This document shows positions 50,425-59,875 of a stretch of 64,000 nucleotides of DNA, one piece after another. Every line of letters starts with the position of its first letter. Within the stretch, counting starts at the first letter, position 1. Made by a program: the position numbers and the translations under genes. The notes below the pieces were generated by a model that had not been told where the DNA came from, did not search any database, and saw only the letters and a list, made by a program, of their open reading frames with translations. The DNA comes from Candidatus Latescibacterota bacterium (lineage in GTDB: Bacteria > Krumholzibacteriota > Krumholzibacteriia > WVZY01): the NCBI GenBank assembly GCA_963791045.1, contig CAWBQK010000013.1, positions 64,001 to 128,000 of the forward strand, given 5' to 3'.

Positions 50425-52842
50425 TTGGAATCTTATGAAAAACTCGGCGCCTTCTATCTCGGCAGGTCATCCGACCCCACCGGGGACTCCCTCGGGGACG
50501 ATCTCGTTCTCTACGACTCGCGCGACCTCTTGACCCACGCGTTTTGTGTCGGAATGACGGGAAGCGGCAAGACGGGCCTGTGCATAGGACTTCTCGAAGA
50601 AGCGGCGATCGATGGTATCCCCGCGATCGTCATCGACCCAAAAGGTGACCTGGCGAATCTACTCCTCACGTTTCCCGACCTGGCGCCCAAAGATTTCCGG
50701 CCATGGATCAACGATGCCGCCGCCAGCCGTAAAGAAATGACTCCCGACGCTTACGCCGCGGCGCAGGCCGAACTGTGGCGGACGGGTCTCGACAGTTGGA
50801 ATCAATCGGGGGACAGGATTCGCAGGCTCAAAGAGGCGGCCGACTTCCGAATTTACACGCCGGGCAGCGAAGCGGGCTTCCCCGTTTCGATCCTCTCATC
50901 GTTTGGCGCCCCCCCCAAAGAAATCCTTGGGGACTCCGATCTTCTGAACGAACGCATTAGCTCAACGGCAACAAGCCTTCTGACACTCATCGGATTCGAC
51001 GCCGACACGTTGACGAGCCGCGAACACATTCTGCTTTCAAAAATCTTTGAACACGCATGGAAAGAACGAACGGATCTTGATCTAACGAGTTTGATCCGGG
51101 GCGTCCAGGTGCCCCCGGTGTCTCGGATCGGTGTCCTTGAACTCGAAACGTTCTTCCCGGCAAAAGAACGCTTCGAACTGGCGATGGCTCTGAATAACCT
51201 GCTCGCCTCCCCCGGTTTCGAGACATGGCTATCCGGCGAACCGCTTGACATCGATCGCATTCTGTACACGCCGAAGGGCAAGCCGCGTATTGCGATTTTC
51301 TCGATCGCGCATCTTCCCGAAACTGAGAGAATGTTTTTTGTCTCGCTCCTTCTCAACCAGGTTCTTGGTTGGGTAAGAACCCGTCCGGGGTCGACGAGTC
51401 TTCGCGCGATGATCTACATGGATGAGATATTCGGGTACATTCCGCCCGTAGCCGAACCTCCGTCGAAGAGACCGTTGCTCACACTGCTCAAACAGGCAAG
51501 AGCGTACGGGGTTGGAGTCGTACTCGCCACGCAGAACCCGGTGGATATCGATTACCGCGCGCTTTCGAACATCGGAACGTGGTTTGTCGGCAGGCTTCAA
51601 ACCGACCGTGATCGCGACCGCGTCCTCGATGGAATCGCCGGTTCCGCCGCGGGATCCACAACGGGTTTTGACAAGAAGTCGCTGGGCGAAATCATCCGCG
51701 GACTCGGCAAACGTGTTTTTCTCATGCATAATATTCACGAAACCCAACCTGCCGTTCTGTACACACGCTGGGCGATGTCCTACCTTAGTGGTCCATTGAC
51801 GAGAACTCAGATCAAAGAGTTGATGGACCCGATCAAGGCCGGCCGCGCGGAAGCACATCATACGAGCACGACCGCCTCCGCAAAAAGACCGGGTGCGCCA
51901 TCGCGCGTGTCACCAGCCGATACGCCCTCGACACGGCCCATGCTGCCCCCGGGTATTCCCGAGGGCTTCTTGCCGATCGACGCGGCTACCGGAATCAAGG
52001 ATGTCTTTTATAGTCCCGGTCTGCTCGGCATCGCGAATATCCGTTTTGTCCACGGTCGAAGCGGCCCGGAACACTCTGCGACAATTGGATTATGGACACC
52101 CCTCGATCCGGATTCCAGGACGGTTGACTGGGAAAACGCGGATATCGTCGATATTGGCGTCGATGATATTGAAAATACCCCCCTTGCCAATGCGCAATAC
52201 GGGGCACTCCCGCCCAAAGCGTCCAATATGAGGAGCTTTGCCGGCTGGAGAAGAAGACTCATCACCACCCTGTATCAAACCCAGCGGTACGAGCTTTTGA
52301 AGAGCTCGAGGTTCAAAACAATTTCGAACCCAGGTGAGAGCGAGCGTGACTTTCGCATCCGGCTGGGCGATGTCGCCCGTGAAGATCGTGATTTCGCCGT
52401 GGAGCAATTGAGGAAAAAGTATACGAGCAAGGTGAGAACGATCGAAGATCGGATTCGACGCGCCGACCTGGTGGTCGATCGTGAAAAAGAACAGGCAAAA
52501 CACCAGAAACTGCAGACGGCCATCTCATTCGGGGCGACTATGCTTTCCGCTTTTCTCGGGCGCAAGAAGTTCGGTCGATCGACGGTGGGACGGGCGACCA
52601 CCGCCGCACGGGGCGTGGGAAGGTCGGCCAAAGAAGCTCAGGATATCGAACGCGCCCAAACACGTCTCGACTCGTTGCGAAAACAACTCGCGATACTGCA
52701 AAGTGATTTCGACACCGAGATCGACCGGCTCGAGGACCGCTTCGATCCTGAACTCGAACTCCTGGACACAATCACGCTCAAACCGCACAAAAAGGACATA
52801 GAGATCGCCTACCTTGCGCTTGCGTGGACACCCAATCCATAA
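50425..52842 (+). CDS. HerA/FtsK-superfamily (DUF87-like) P-loop ATPase with C-terminal coiled coil
   Basis: Walker A GMTGSGKT, IDPKGD, Walker B IYMDE, QARAYGVGVVLATQNP. Confidence 0.85.
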   Translation: MESYEKLGAFYLGRSSDPTGDSLGDDLVLYDSRDLLTHAFCVGMTGSGKTGLCIGLLEEAAIDGIPAIVIDPKGDLANLLLTFPDLAPKDFRPWINDAAASRKEMTPDAYAAAQAELWRTGLDSWNQSGDRIRRLKEAADFRIYTPGSEAGFPVSILSSFGAPPKEILGDSDLLNERISSTATSLLTLIGFDADTLTSREHILLSKIFEHAWKERTDLDLTSLIRGVQVPPVSRIGVLELETFFPAKERFELAMALNNLLASPGFETWLSGEPLDIDRILYTPKGKPRIAIFSIAHLPETERMFFVSLLLNQVLGWVRTRPGSTSLRAMIYMDEIFGYIPPVAEPPSKRPLLTLLKQARAYGVGVVLATQNPVDIDYRALSNIGTWFVGRLQTDRDRDRVLDGIAGSAAGSTTGFDKKSLGEIIRGLGKRVFLMHNIHETQPAVLYTRWAMSYLSGPLTRTQIKELMDPIKAGRAEAHHTSTTASAKRPGAPSRVSPADTPSTRPMLPPGIPEGFLPIDAATGIKDVFYSPGLLGIANIRFVHGRSGPEHSATIGLWTPLDPDSRTVDWENADIVDIGVDDIENTPLANAQYGALPPKASNMRSFAGWRRRLITTLYQTQRYELLKSSRFKTISNPGESERDFRIRLGDVAREDRDFAVEQLRKKYTSKVRTIEDRIRRADLVVDREKEQAKHQKLQTAISFGATMLSAFLGRKKFGRSTVGRATTAARGVGRSAKEAQDIERAQTRLDSLRKQLAILQSDFDTEIDRLEDRFDPELELLDTITLKPHKKDIEIAYLALAWTPNP

Positions 52843-53121
52843 TCAATCATCGTCGCGCCACCCCCCCCTATAATTCACGGGCGTTTGCAGAACGATTCAC
52901 GCACTGTTCTTTTGCACCCGGTTTTGCAAATCACATGATCATTCGCACGATCCCTTTTGAGACGAATTCTCACGGTGAACGGCGACCGATGTGTCGGAAT
53001 TCTCCCACAACCGCTATCCCCTCCTCAGTGTTGCAATAGCCGGTTTAACGCGTATTGCGCGCGGCTCTGGTTTCCCTTTGTACGTTAACTTGGCTCACGC
53101 TTTCCCGGCGTGCCGGCACCG

Positions 53122-53137
53122 TGGCCCGCTTTTTGCT
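53122..53137 (+). promoter_or_regulatory. Sigma54 promoter
   Basis: TGGCCCGCTTTTTGCT, near consensus TGGCACG-N4-TTGCW, ~100 bp upstream of ATG 53240. Confidence 0.75.
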
Positions 53138-53239
53138 CAACGAGACCACACACAAGCATTGTTCCACAGGGCAAAGGCATTAACTCATTTTGAGGTAAGC
53201 GCTTATCTGGTTCTCGCTTAAAGGGAGGTTTGAGCCAAG

Positions 53240-53815
53240 ATGAAAAACGCATTTCGTATAGGGAACGTACTCTGCATTCTGCTCGTACTTGGTGTATTCG
53301 TAGGATGCGGCGACGATGACCCAGTCGCGGTCAACACGCCCACGGTCGATGTGAACGAAGCTGGCAGCATCGGTATCTATGCCGACACTGACGGTCGCTT
53401 CTCGCATCTGACCGATACTGGCGGCACAGTCACATTCCACGTCGTACACAAAGTCACCGACGGCGCCACCGCATCGGCCTTCAAAATCGAAGAGCCCGCG
53501 GGTTGGGTCCGGATCTCGGCAACCACCGATTTCCCCGTCGCTCTCGGCAACGTCGATGATGGAATCTCGATTGGCTACGGGCAGTGCATGTCCGGGTCGA
53601 TTCACGTGATGAGTCTGACCTACCGGTCGCCCGGCAACACTCAGCCCGGCGCGACTTTCAAAGTTCTTCCGCATGACCAGTGGCCGAACGCTGTCCAGGT
53701 CGTAAACTGCGGTGACAAGCTCCTCGAAGATGGCGTCGGCAAAGAATCGCCCGTCAATCTTCTCGGCGCTGACGAATCAAACGATCAGGAAAGACCGAGT
53801 TTCAGGCAGGAGTAG
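53240..53815 (+). CDS. Lipoprotein of unknown function (beta-sandwich-like)
   Basis: GGGAGG RBS, lipobox VFVGC, beta-rich body. Confidence 0.85.
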   Translation: MKNAFRIGNVLCILLVLGVFVGCGDDDPVAVNTPTVDVNEAGSIGIYADTDGRFSHLTDTGGTVTFHVVHKVTDGATASAFKIEEPAGWVRISATTDFPVALGNVDDGISIGYGQCMSGSIHVMSLTYRSPGNTQPGATFKVLPHDQWPNAVQVVNCGDKLLEDGVGKESPVNLLGADESNDQERPSFRQE

Positions 53816-53899
53816 AGAACCAGACAGGAGACGAACGCGGGTGGCTCACCGCCCCCGCGTTCTGTTCCCTGACTCGATTCGGTTTTCCTGAAGACAAAT

Positions 53900-53941
53900 T
53901 CGAGGTGTCCTCGCCACGGCGAGACACCTCGATTCTTTATT
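53900..53941 (+). terminator. Probable intrinsic terminator
   Basis: TCGAGGTGTC..TCGCC/GGCGA..GACACCTCGA stem followed by TTCTTTATT. Confidence 0.55.
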
Positions 53942-53991
53942 GCGCATCGTTTCGGCAGATGTGGCCGAAGGACTGACCGGGGTTGCGCATC

Positions 53992-54007
53992 TGGCACTTC
54001 GGTTGCT
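53992..54007 (+). promoter_or_regulatory. Sigma54 promoter
   Basis: TGGCACTTCGGTTGCT, essentially consensus, ~50 bp upstream of ATG 54056. Confidence 0.85.
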
Positions 54008-54055
54008 AAACTCCCTACGTCTTAGAAAATCAAAGCCAAACCAGGAGGTACGGTT

Positions 54056-54720
54056 ATGCGGAGATGGATGTTGTTGGGCATCGTGGGGATACTGGTCGTG
54101 GGCATGATGGGGTGTTCGTGGAGCCAGAAAGCGAAAGGCGCGTTAATCGGCGCGGGAACCGGAGCCGCGGTCGGCGGAGCCATCGGTCACCAGTCGGGCA
54201 ACACAGCCGCCGGAGCCATAATCGGAGCCGCGGTCGGCGGGGCCGCGGGGCGTACATCGGCAACTACATGGACAAGCAGGCCGAGGAGATGGAGCGAGAC
54301 ATCGAGGGCGCCAAAATCGAACGTATCGGAGAAGGAATCAAGATCACGTTTGATTCGGGTTTGATGTTCGATGTGGACAAGGCATCCCTCAAACCGCAAA
54401 GCCAATCAAACCTCGAAAATCTGGCAACGATCCTGAACAAATATGACGACACAAATATTCTTCTCGAGGGTCACACCGACGCCAGCGGTTCGGAGGAGTA
54501 CAATCTCAATCTATCGAGATCGCGTTCCCAGTCGGTGGCGAACTATCTCGCCGGCCTCCAGGTCAACGAGACTCGTTTCACGATCATGGGATACGGAGAA
54601 GCACAACCGATCGCAACGAACGACACCGACGAAGGCAAATCACAGAATCGGCGTGTCGAAGTAGCGATCTACGCAAACGACAAGTTGAAAAAAGTCGCGG
54701 AGGATGAAGTCGAAGGCTGA
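54056..54720 (+). CDS. Glycine-zipper OmpA-family lipoprotein (YiaD-like), one missing G near 54250
   Basis: AGGAGG RBS, lipobox MMGC, GALIGAGTGAAVGGAIG zipper. The other frame gives YMDKQAEE..EGHTD..NLNLS..GYGEAQP..NRRVE. Confidence 0.92.
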
Positions 54721-54906
54721 GCGCGACCCACTACCGTCCCGGCTAGCGCAGCAACCAGGGGTGTCGGAGCGGCGATCAACGCATCCGCGGCCCCGGGATT
54801 ACAACATAAAGGTGACGGAAAACCTTTAAATCATCTTCGAAAACCGGTATAACCTTTCGTGAGACGCCACGTCACTCTCCGTCGTTTCGAGCCCAGGGAG
54901 GAACTA

Positions 54907-55689
54907 TTGAAACCAGATGCGGGACAGCGCAGCAAAAAAACCACACCCGCGCACACCGGCCCTGCCATGCTCGCGATGTTTGAGCGGTACGGAAACACGC
55001 TGATCCTGATGACGATCGGGAGTGTTCTTGTCGCAACAATTCTGGGTGTCAGCTTCATCTCCCCACTTTTGTTTACGGCGGCGGGATTCCCTTTCTTTTA
55101 CGTGGCGATCACTCGAAACGATCATCGGGCAGGAATCGTTATCGTTTTTCGATGGGCCATCGCATTGTTCATCACCATTCTTGTCGCGGGCGTGTTTCTG
55201 CCGGATCGTCTCGGCGCCTCACTTCCGCTGTCGGCGAGCTCGGCCCACACTATCGAATCATGGATTCGTGACCCAGGCGCATCCCCTCCGGCCAACCTCA
55301 ACTACATCCTGTGGGGAATGTTCGCCTTTACCGTCGCGTCGATCGTAAGCGGCGGGCTGTTGGGATTCTTTTTGGGAGCCGTTGCAATTGGTGGCGCGGC
55401 GTATTCCGCTCTCCATGTTTTCCGTCATGGTTTTAACCTTATCCAGATATCGCTAATCGCGCTGCCCGTGTGGCAACTAAGCCTGTTCGTGGCGGGCGCG
55501 TTTGCGATGGTCCCGTTGAGTGTTTTTGTTTTCGAACGGTTCTTTAATGTTGAAAAACAAGCTCAGGAGTGGAAACTGCTACGAAGTTATATGTACGCAA
55601 GCGCTGGGTTCTTTGTTCTCAGTATCGCGCTCAGATACGCGACGGCGGGAGTATGGCGGCAACTCGTCGACCAGTGGACGGCTCTCTGA
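54907..55689 (+). CDS. Multi-pass membrane protein of unknown function
   Basis: GGAGG + TTG, about 7 hydrophobic segments. Confidence 0.75.
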   Translation: MKPDAGQRSKKTTPAHTGPAMLAMFERYGNTLILMTIGSVLVATILGVSFISPLLFTAAGFPFFYVAITRNDHRAGIVIVFRWAIALFITILVAGVFLPDRLGASLPLSASSAHTIESWIRDPGASPPANLNYILWGMFAFTVASIVSGGLLGFFLGAVAIGGAAYSALHVFRHGFNLIQISLIALPVWQLSLFVAGAFAMVPLSVFVFERFFNVEKQAQEWKLLRSYMYASAGFFVLSIALRYATAGVWRQLVDQWTAL

Positions 55690-55713
55690 TCGGCATCTTT
55701 TAAACGAATAAAC

Positions 55714-55741
55714 AAAAAGGGCGCCCATAGGCGCCCTTTTT
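55714..55741. terminator. Bidirectional rho-independent terminator
   Basis: AAAAAGGGCGCC-CATA-GGCGCCCTTTTT between convergent genes. Confidence 0.9.
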
Positions 55742-55762
55742 CGTACCTGGCTCAACTTGCCC

Positions 55763-57985
55763 TTAGCCACATCTGGAATAACCGCAAGCACGGCAAACAT
55801 TGCAACCACCGTCGAACTCCAGCGGGCTTCCGCAATCGATGCAAAGTCCGGCCAGCCGGTTTCCGAGCGACTCGGAAGCGAGTGAGACGACTTCGGATTG
55901 GTCATAATCCCCTTCGGCGAGATGTTGTTCAAGCGCTTTGCTGATCGCATCGGCGCAGGAAAGCACAAGTTTGCCCTCCTCCCACGCGGGTGAAGGACAA
56001 CGCACTCCACGCAGCTGTTTGACGATCGACGCGGGCTCCACGCCGGCGCGCAACGCGAGCGATATCAGCCGACCAATAGCCTCCGCCTGTGACGCGGCGC
56101 ACCCGCCCGCTTTGCCGATCTGTGCGAATAACTCAAAAGGTCCGTTCTCATCGTCATTGATGGTCACGTAGAGGGCGCCGCATCCGGTCGGCTTTTTCCG
56201 TGTCCGTCCCTCGAGGGCGCCGGGACGCTTCCGCGGTGTAAGCACATCGCCTTCGATCTCGTTATCGTTCACCTGGCCGATATTGAGCACCTGGGCCTCA
56301 CGGCTTCCGTCACGGTAGATCGTAACACCCTTGCACCCCAGCTGATATGCGAGCATGAACACTTCTTCGACGTCAACGGCCCTCGCGTCACTGGGAAAGT
56401 TGACTGTCTTTGACACGGCGTTATCCGTGTATTTCTGGAAAGCCGCCTGCATTCGCACGTGGGCGTCCGGCGTGATGTCGTAAGCGCAGCGGAAAATCTG
56501 CCGCCACTTGTCCGGCACACCTTCAACTTCGCGGACACTTCCAACCTTGGCGATTTCCTTCATGAGTTCTTCGCTGTAGAAACCTTCGTCCATCGCCACC
56601 TGTTTGAACAGCGGGTTCACTTCGATCAGCTGATCGTTGTCCATCACATTACGAATGTACGCGATCGCAAATATCGGCTCGATCCCGCTCGATGCGTTGG
56701 CAATGATACTGATAGTTCCCGTCGGCGCGATTGTAGTCGTCGTAGCGTTACGATGCGGTTGATTTCCCGACTTGTCATATATACTTCCAGGAAAATTCGC
56801 GAAGGCCCCACGCTCTTCGGCAAGTTCCTGTGTCGCCGCGCGCGACTGAGCCTGGATAAACTGCATGACATCTTCGGCCGTCGACACCGCCTTGTCCGAG
56901 TCATAAGGGATACCCAAACGAATGAGCATATCGGCAAAACCCATCACTCCCAGACCGATCTTTCTGTTCGCTTTTGTCATGCGATCGATCGACGGGATAG
57001 GGTACTTGCTCATCTCAATCACGTTGTCGAGGAACCGAACCGCGGTACGAACGTTCTTGGCCAGAAGATCGTAATCAAGGTAGGCGTCGCCGTTGTCACC
57101 CGTCACCACGTTCTTGAGGTTCAGAGATCCGAGATTGCACGATTCGTATGGGAGCAGAGGCTGCTCGCCGCACGGGTTCGTGCTCTCGATTTCCCCGATT
57201 AGAGGTGTCGGGTTATCACGATTGATCCTGTCGATAAAGACGATACCAGGCTCGCCATTCCGCCAGGCCGACTCCACGATCGCCTGAAATACCTTCCACG
57301 CGGGCAAACGGCCGTCCTTCTTGCCCGTCCTGGGATTGATCAAGTCGTACTCCGAGTCGGCCATCGCCGCTTTCATGAATTCTTCGGTCACCGCTACCGA
57401 AATATTGAAGTTCGTCAACTTGTCGGTCTTGGTCTTACACGCGATGAAATCCATAATGTCCGGATGATCCACCCTCAAGATCGCCATGTTGGCGCCCCGT
57501 CGCCGTCCGCCTTGCTTGACCGCCTCGGTCGCCGAATCAAAGACGCTCATAAAGGAAATGGGACCGCTCGAAATACCTTTTGTGCTCCGCACGACATCGT
57601 TCTTCGGACGAAGCCGCGAGAATGAAAAACCAGTCCCCCCACCGCTCTTGTGGATCAGAGCCGCGTCTTTGACCGTCTCGAATATTGATTCCATCGAATC
57701 ATCAACGGGGAGAACAAAACAGGCGGCAAGCTGTTGGATGTCGGTTCCCGCGTTCATAAGCGTGGGCGAGTTCGGCAAAAATCCCAGATTGGTCATGATG
57801 TCGAAAAACTCGCCTTCCCAGCGCTCGCGGTTTTCTTCGCTGTCATTGTAACTAAGCTCTGCCTGAGAAATGCTCTTCGCCACCCTTCGGAACATCTCGT
57901 CATAGGTCTCGAGGACCTCCCCCTCGGCGTTTTTCCGTAAGTAGCGGCTTTCAAGTACACGCACTGCGTTCTCAGTCAGTTTCAT
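55763..57985 (-). CDS. nrdJ: Class II (adenosylcobalamin-dependent) ribonucleotide reductase with TSCPD and Zn-ribbon C-terminus
   Basis: PNSPTLMNAG, ACFV, GGGTG, NPCGEQ, TIAPTGT, KGVTIYRDGSR (no class-I YY pair), SCAD, CIDCG..CRACGYSRC. No nrdB adjacent. Confidence 0.93.
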   Translation of the reverse strand: MKLTENAVRVLESRYLRKNAEGEVLETYDEMFRRVAKSISQAELSYNDSEENRERWEGEFFDIMTNLGFLPNSPTLMNAGTDIQQLAACFVLPVDDSMESIFETVKDAALIHKSGGGTGFSFSRLRPKNDVVRSTKGISSGPISFMSVFDSATEAVKQGGRRRGANMAILRVDHPDIMDFIACKTKTDKLTNFNISVAVTEEFMKAAMADSEYDLINPRTGKKDGRLPAWKVFQAIVESAWRNGEPGIVFIDRINRDNPTPLIGEIESTNPCGEQPLLPYESCNLGSLNLKNVVTGDNGDAYLDYDLLAKNVRTAVRFLDNVIEMSKYPIPSIDRMTKANRKIGLGVMGFADMLIRLGIPYDSDKAVSTAEDVMQFIQAQSRAATQELAEERGAFANFPGSIYDKSGNQPHRNATTTTIAPTGTISIIANASSGIEPIFAIAYIRNVMDNDQLIEVNPLFKQVAMDEGFYSEELMKEIAKVGSVREVEGVPDKWRQIFRCAYDITPDAHVRMQAAFQKYTDNAVSKTVNFPSDARAVDVEEVFMLAYQLGCKGVTIYRDGSREAQVLNIGQVNDNEIEGDVLTPRKRPGALEGRTRKKPTGCGALYVTINDDENGPFELFAQIGKAGGCAASQAEAIGRLISLALRAGVEPASIVKQLRGVRCPSPAWEEGKLVLSCADAISKALEQHLAEGDYDQSEVVSLASESLGNRLAGLCIDCGSPLEFDGGCNVCRACGYSRCG

Positions 57986-58118
57986 TTTCGATCCCTTTTT
58001 CCTTGTAGTTCCTGTTTCCTGCGTCAACTTCCCAACAAATGCCGGACAGGTGATTTCCGGCGCGTCCTCTCATTTTGCATTCCTTCGAAAAAAAGACAAG
58101 CATCTTTTCAACTAAAAT

Positions 58119-58164
58119 ATACAATATATAGGGGCTGGCTTCCAGTATCCACTATATATAGGAC
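58119..58164. promoter_or_regulatory. Tandem NrdR boxes
   Basis: ataCAATATATAGggg (58119-58134) and ccaCTATATATAGgac (58149-58164) match acaCwAtATaTwGtgt, 30 bp apart, upstream of nrdJ. Confidence 0.85.
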
Positions 58165-58330
58165 TATTTTAGAACTCTCAGCTCGAGCGGCGCAACCCGC
58201 TGTAATCGTTCAAGATCATCATTTTCACCCCAGATATCCCCGCCATTCCCGAGTTGTCCTGATTCTTGCAACATCACGGAGAAATCCCGTCTAAGTATCA
58301 AGACTTTGGCAGCTTGCGAGGAGCCACCCG

Positions 58331-59875
58331 ATGCTACACCTGCGAATCATCCGAGCCGCCGGCAATCAGGACGCCGTGTCGATCGCCGACCAGGGGTTCC
58401 CCTATACGGTGGGTCGCGACGGAGAAAACAAGCTCCACATCGGGAGTACGGCGGTCTCGAGATTTCACGCCGTTCTCGTGGCTGAAGACGGAACCCACTT
58501 CGTCCAGGACATGGACAGCACCAATGGAACGTTCTTAAACGGGAAGCCGATCCGCAAGGCCAAAATCACCCCCGGAGACAAAATAACGATCGCAAACATT
58601 GATATAGTGGTTGAAGGGACCCCAGCTGCGATCCCCGAAAAAACAGTCCCCCTCGACCTTACCGTCTCCGTCGACAACCCGATACCGAGCGACTCGACAA
58701 TCACCGTCAAAAACCCCACCGAAGAGCTTTTCTTCGAGGATCTCTTCGAGAACGCCCCATCCCTGGGCGAGGAGAAGTCACGGCGATCGCTCGAAGTGCT
58801 CTACAGGGCGGACAAAATCGCCCGTGACATCGATGATTTCGGGCAGATGCTCGAGAATCTCATGGATTTGATTCTTGAGGTCATCCCCGCGTCGCGCGGG
58901 TACATCTTTCTCGTAAACCGGGACACGGGGAAACTCAACCCGTACGTCAGACGCGCACCGGACTCGATTGCCGGCGACACCGAAATCGTCGTGAGCAACA
59001 CAATTCTCAGCGCGGCCGTCGGACAGAAAGAATCGCTTTTGTCAAACGACGCGCTGGTCGATGAGCGTTTTGTTCATTCGAGAAGCATATCCGATCTCAA
59101 AGTTCGGAGCGCAATGTGTTCGCCTCTGGTGAACCGCGGGAAAGTTCTCGGAATCATCTATATCGATTCCAACGACAGATCGAACCTGTACACCAAGGAC
59201 GACCTCGCGTTGCTCTCAGCTCTGGCTTCGAAGGCCGGCATCTCGCTCGACAACGCCCGGCTCTACGATGACCAGAGAAATCTCTTCTACAATGCCGTCG
59301 AAACTCTCGTTCGCGCCATCCAGGCGAGAGACCCCTACACCAGCGGACACTCGACCAGGGTGAGCAGGTATTCGCTGCTTATCGCCGAGAAACTCGACCT
59401 GACGACAAAAGAAAAACACCAGCTCTACCTCGCCGCGATGCTTCATGACATCGGAAAGATCGGAATACCGGACGGGCTATTGAACCGCAAAGGCAAACTC
59501 ACCGAAGAAGAGATCCAGCAGATCCGTAACCATGTCACCGTGGGCGCACAGATGCTCCAGGCGCTTGGAGAAATGCACCCCATCGTACCGTTGATCCTCC
59601 ATCACCACGAAGCATGGGACGGCTCGGGATATCCGGACAAGCTGAAGGGCGAGCAGATTCCGCTGATGTCGCGGATTCTGGCGGTCGCGGATACGTATGA
59701 CGCAATGACCTCCGATCGTCCCTATCGAGAAGCGATGGCGGCATCGGACGCAATTGCGGAACTAAAACGCTGTTCGGGATCACACTTCGACCCAATGGTC
59801 GTCGAAAAGTTTCTGCAGGTGCTCGACGAGCAAGGCACCGCCATGGTCGATCTTGAGCCGCAGCTGGTTATTTGA
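58331..59875 (+). CDS. FHA-GAF-HD-GYP cyclic-dinucleotide phosphodiesterase
   Basis: FHA (VGR..VSRFHA..STNGT), GAF (DALVDERF..SAMCSPL..GIIYID), HD-GYP (HDIGK, HHEAWDGSGYP, AVADTYDAM). Confidence 0.93.
   Translation: MLHLRIIRAAGNQDAVSIADQGFPYTVGRDGENKLHIGSTAVSRFHAVLVAEDGTHFVQDMDSTNGTFLNGKPIRKAKITPGDKITIANIDIVVEGTPAAIPEKTVPLDLTVSVDNPIPSDSTITVKNPTEELFFEDLFENAPSLGEEKSRRSLEVLYRADKIARDIDDFGQMLENLMDLILEVIPASRGYIFLVNRDTGKLNPYVRRAPDSIAGDTEIVVSNTILSAAVGQKESLLSNDALVDERFVHSRSISDLKVRSAMCSPLVNRGKVLGIIYIDSNDRSNLYTKDDLALLSALASKAGISLDNARLYDDQRNLFYNAVETLVRAIQARDPYTSGHSTRVSRYSLLIAEKLDLTTKEKHQLYLAAMLHDIGKIGIPDGLLNRKGKLTEEEIQQIRNHVTVGAQMLQALGEMHPIVPLILHHHEAWDGSGYPDKLKGEQIPLMSRILAVADTYDAMTSDRPYREAMAASDAIAELKRCSGSHFDPMVVEKFLQVLDEQGTAMVDLEPQLVI

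Noticed and set aside
50425-52842. HerA-based anti-phage system or conjugative VirB4/VirD4
   Set aside because: No partner nuclease, SIR2 or T4SS genes. Flanked by housekeeping-type genes with no island signature.
53165-53175. CACAGGGCAAA resembling the start of a c-di-GMP-I riboswitch
   Set aside because: Lacks the following GAAA-tetraloop stem and GCAAAG/receptor elements.
54240-54260. Phase-variable or programmed frameshift in the OmpA lipoprotein
   Set aside because: The G-run is only 4 nt, and similar single-base indels occur in unrelated genes. A sequencing error is more parsimonious.
55763-57985. Intein or intron in nrdJ, or a cobalamin riboswitch upstream
   Set aside because: Length and motif spacing are normal with no insertion at NPCGEQ. 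The upstream region shows NrdR boxes, not B12-box motifs.
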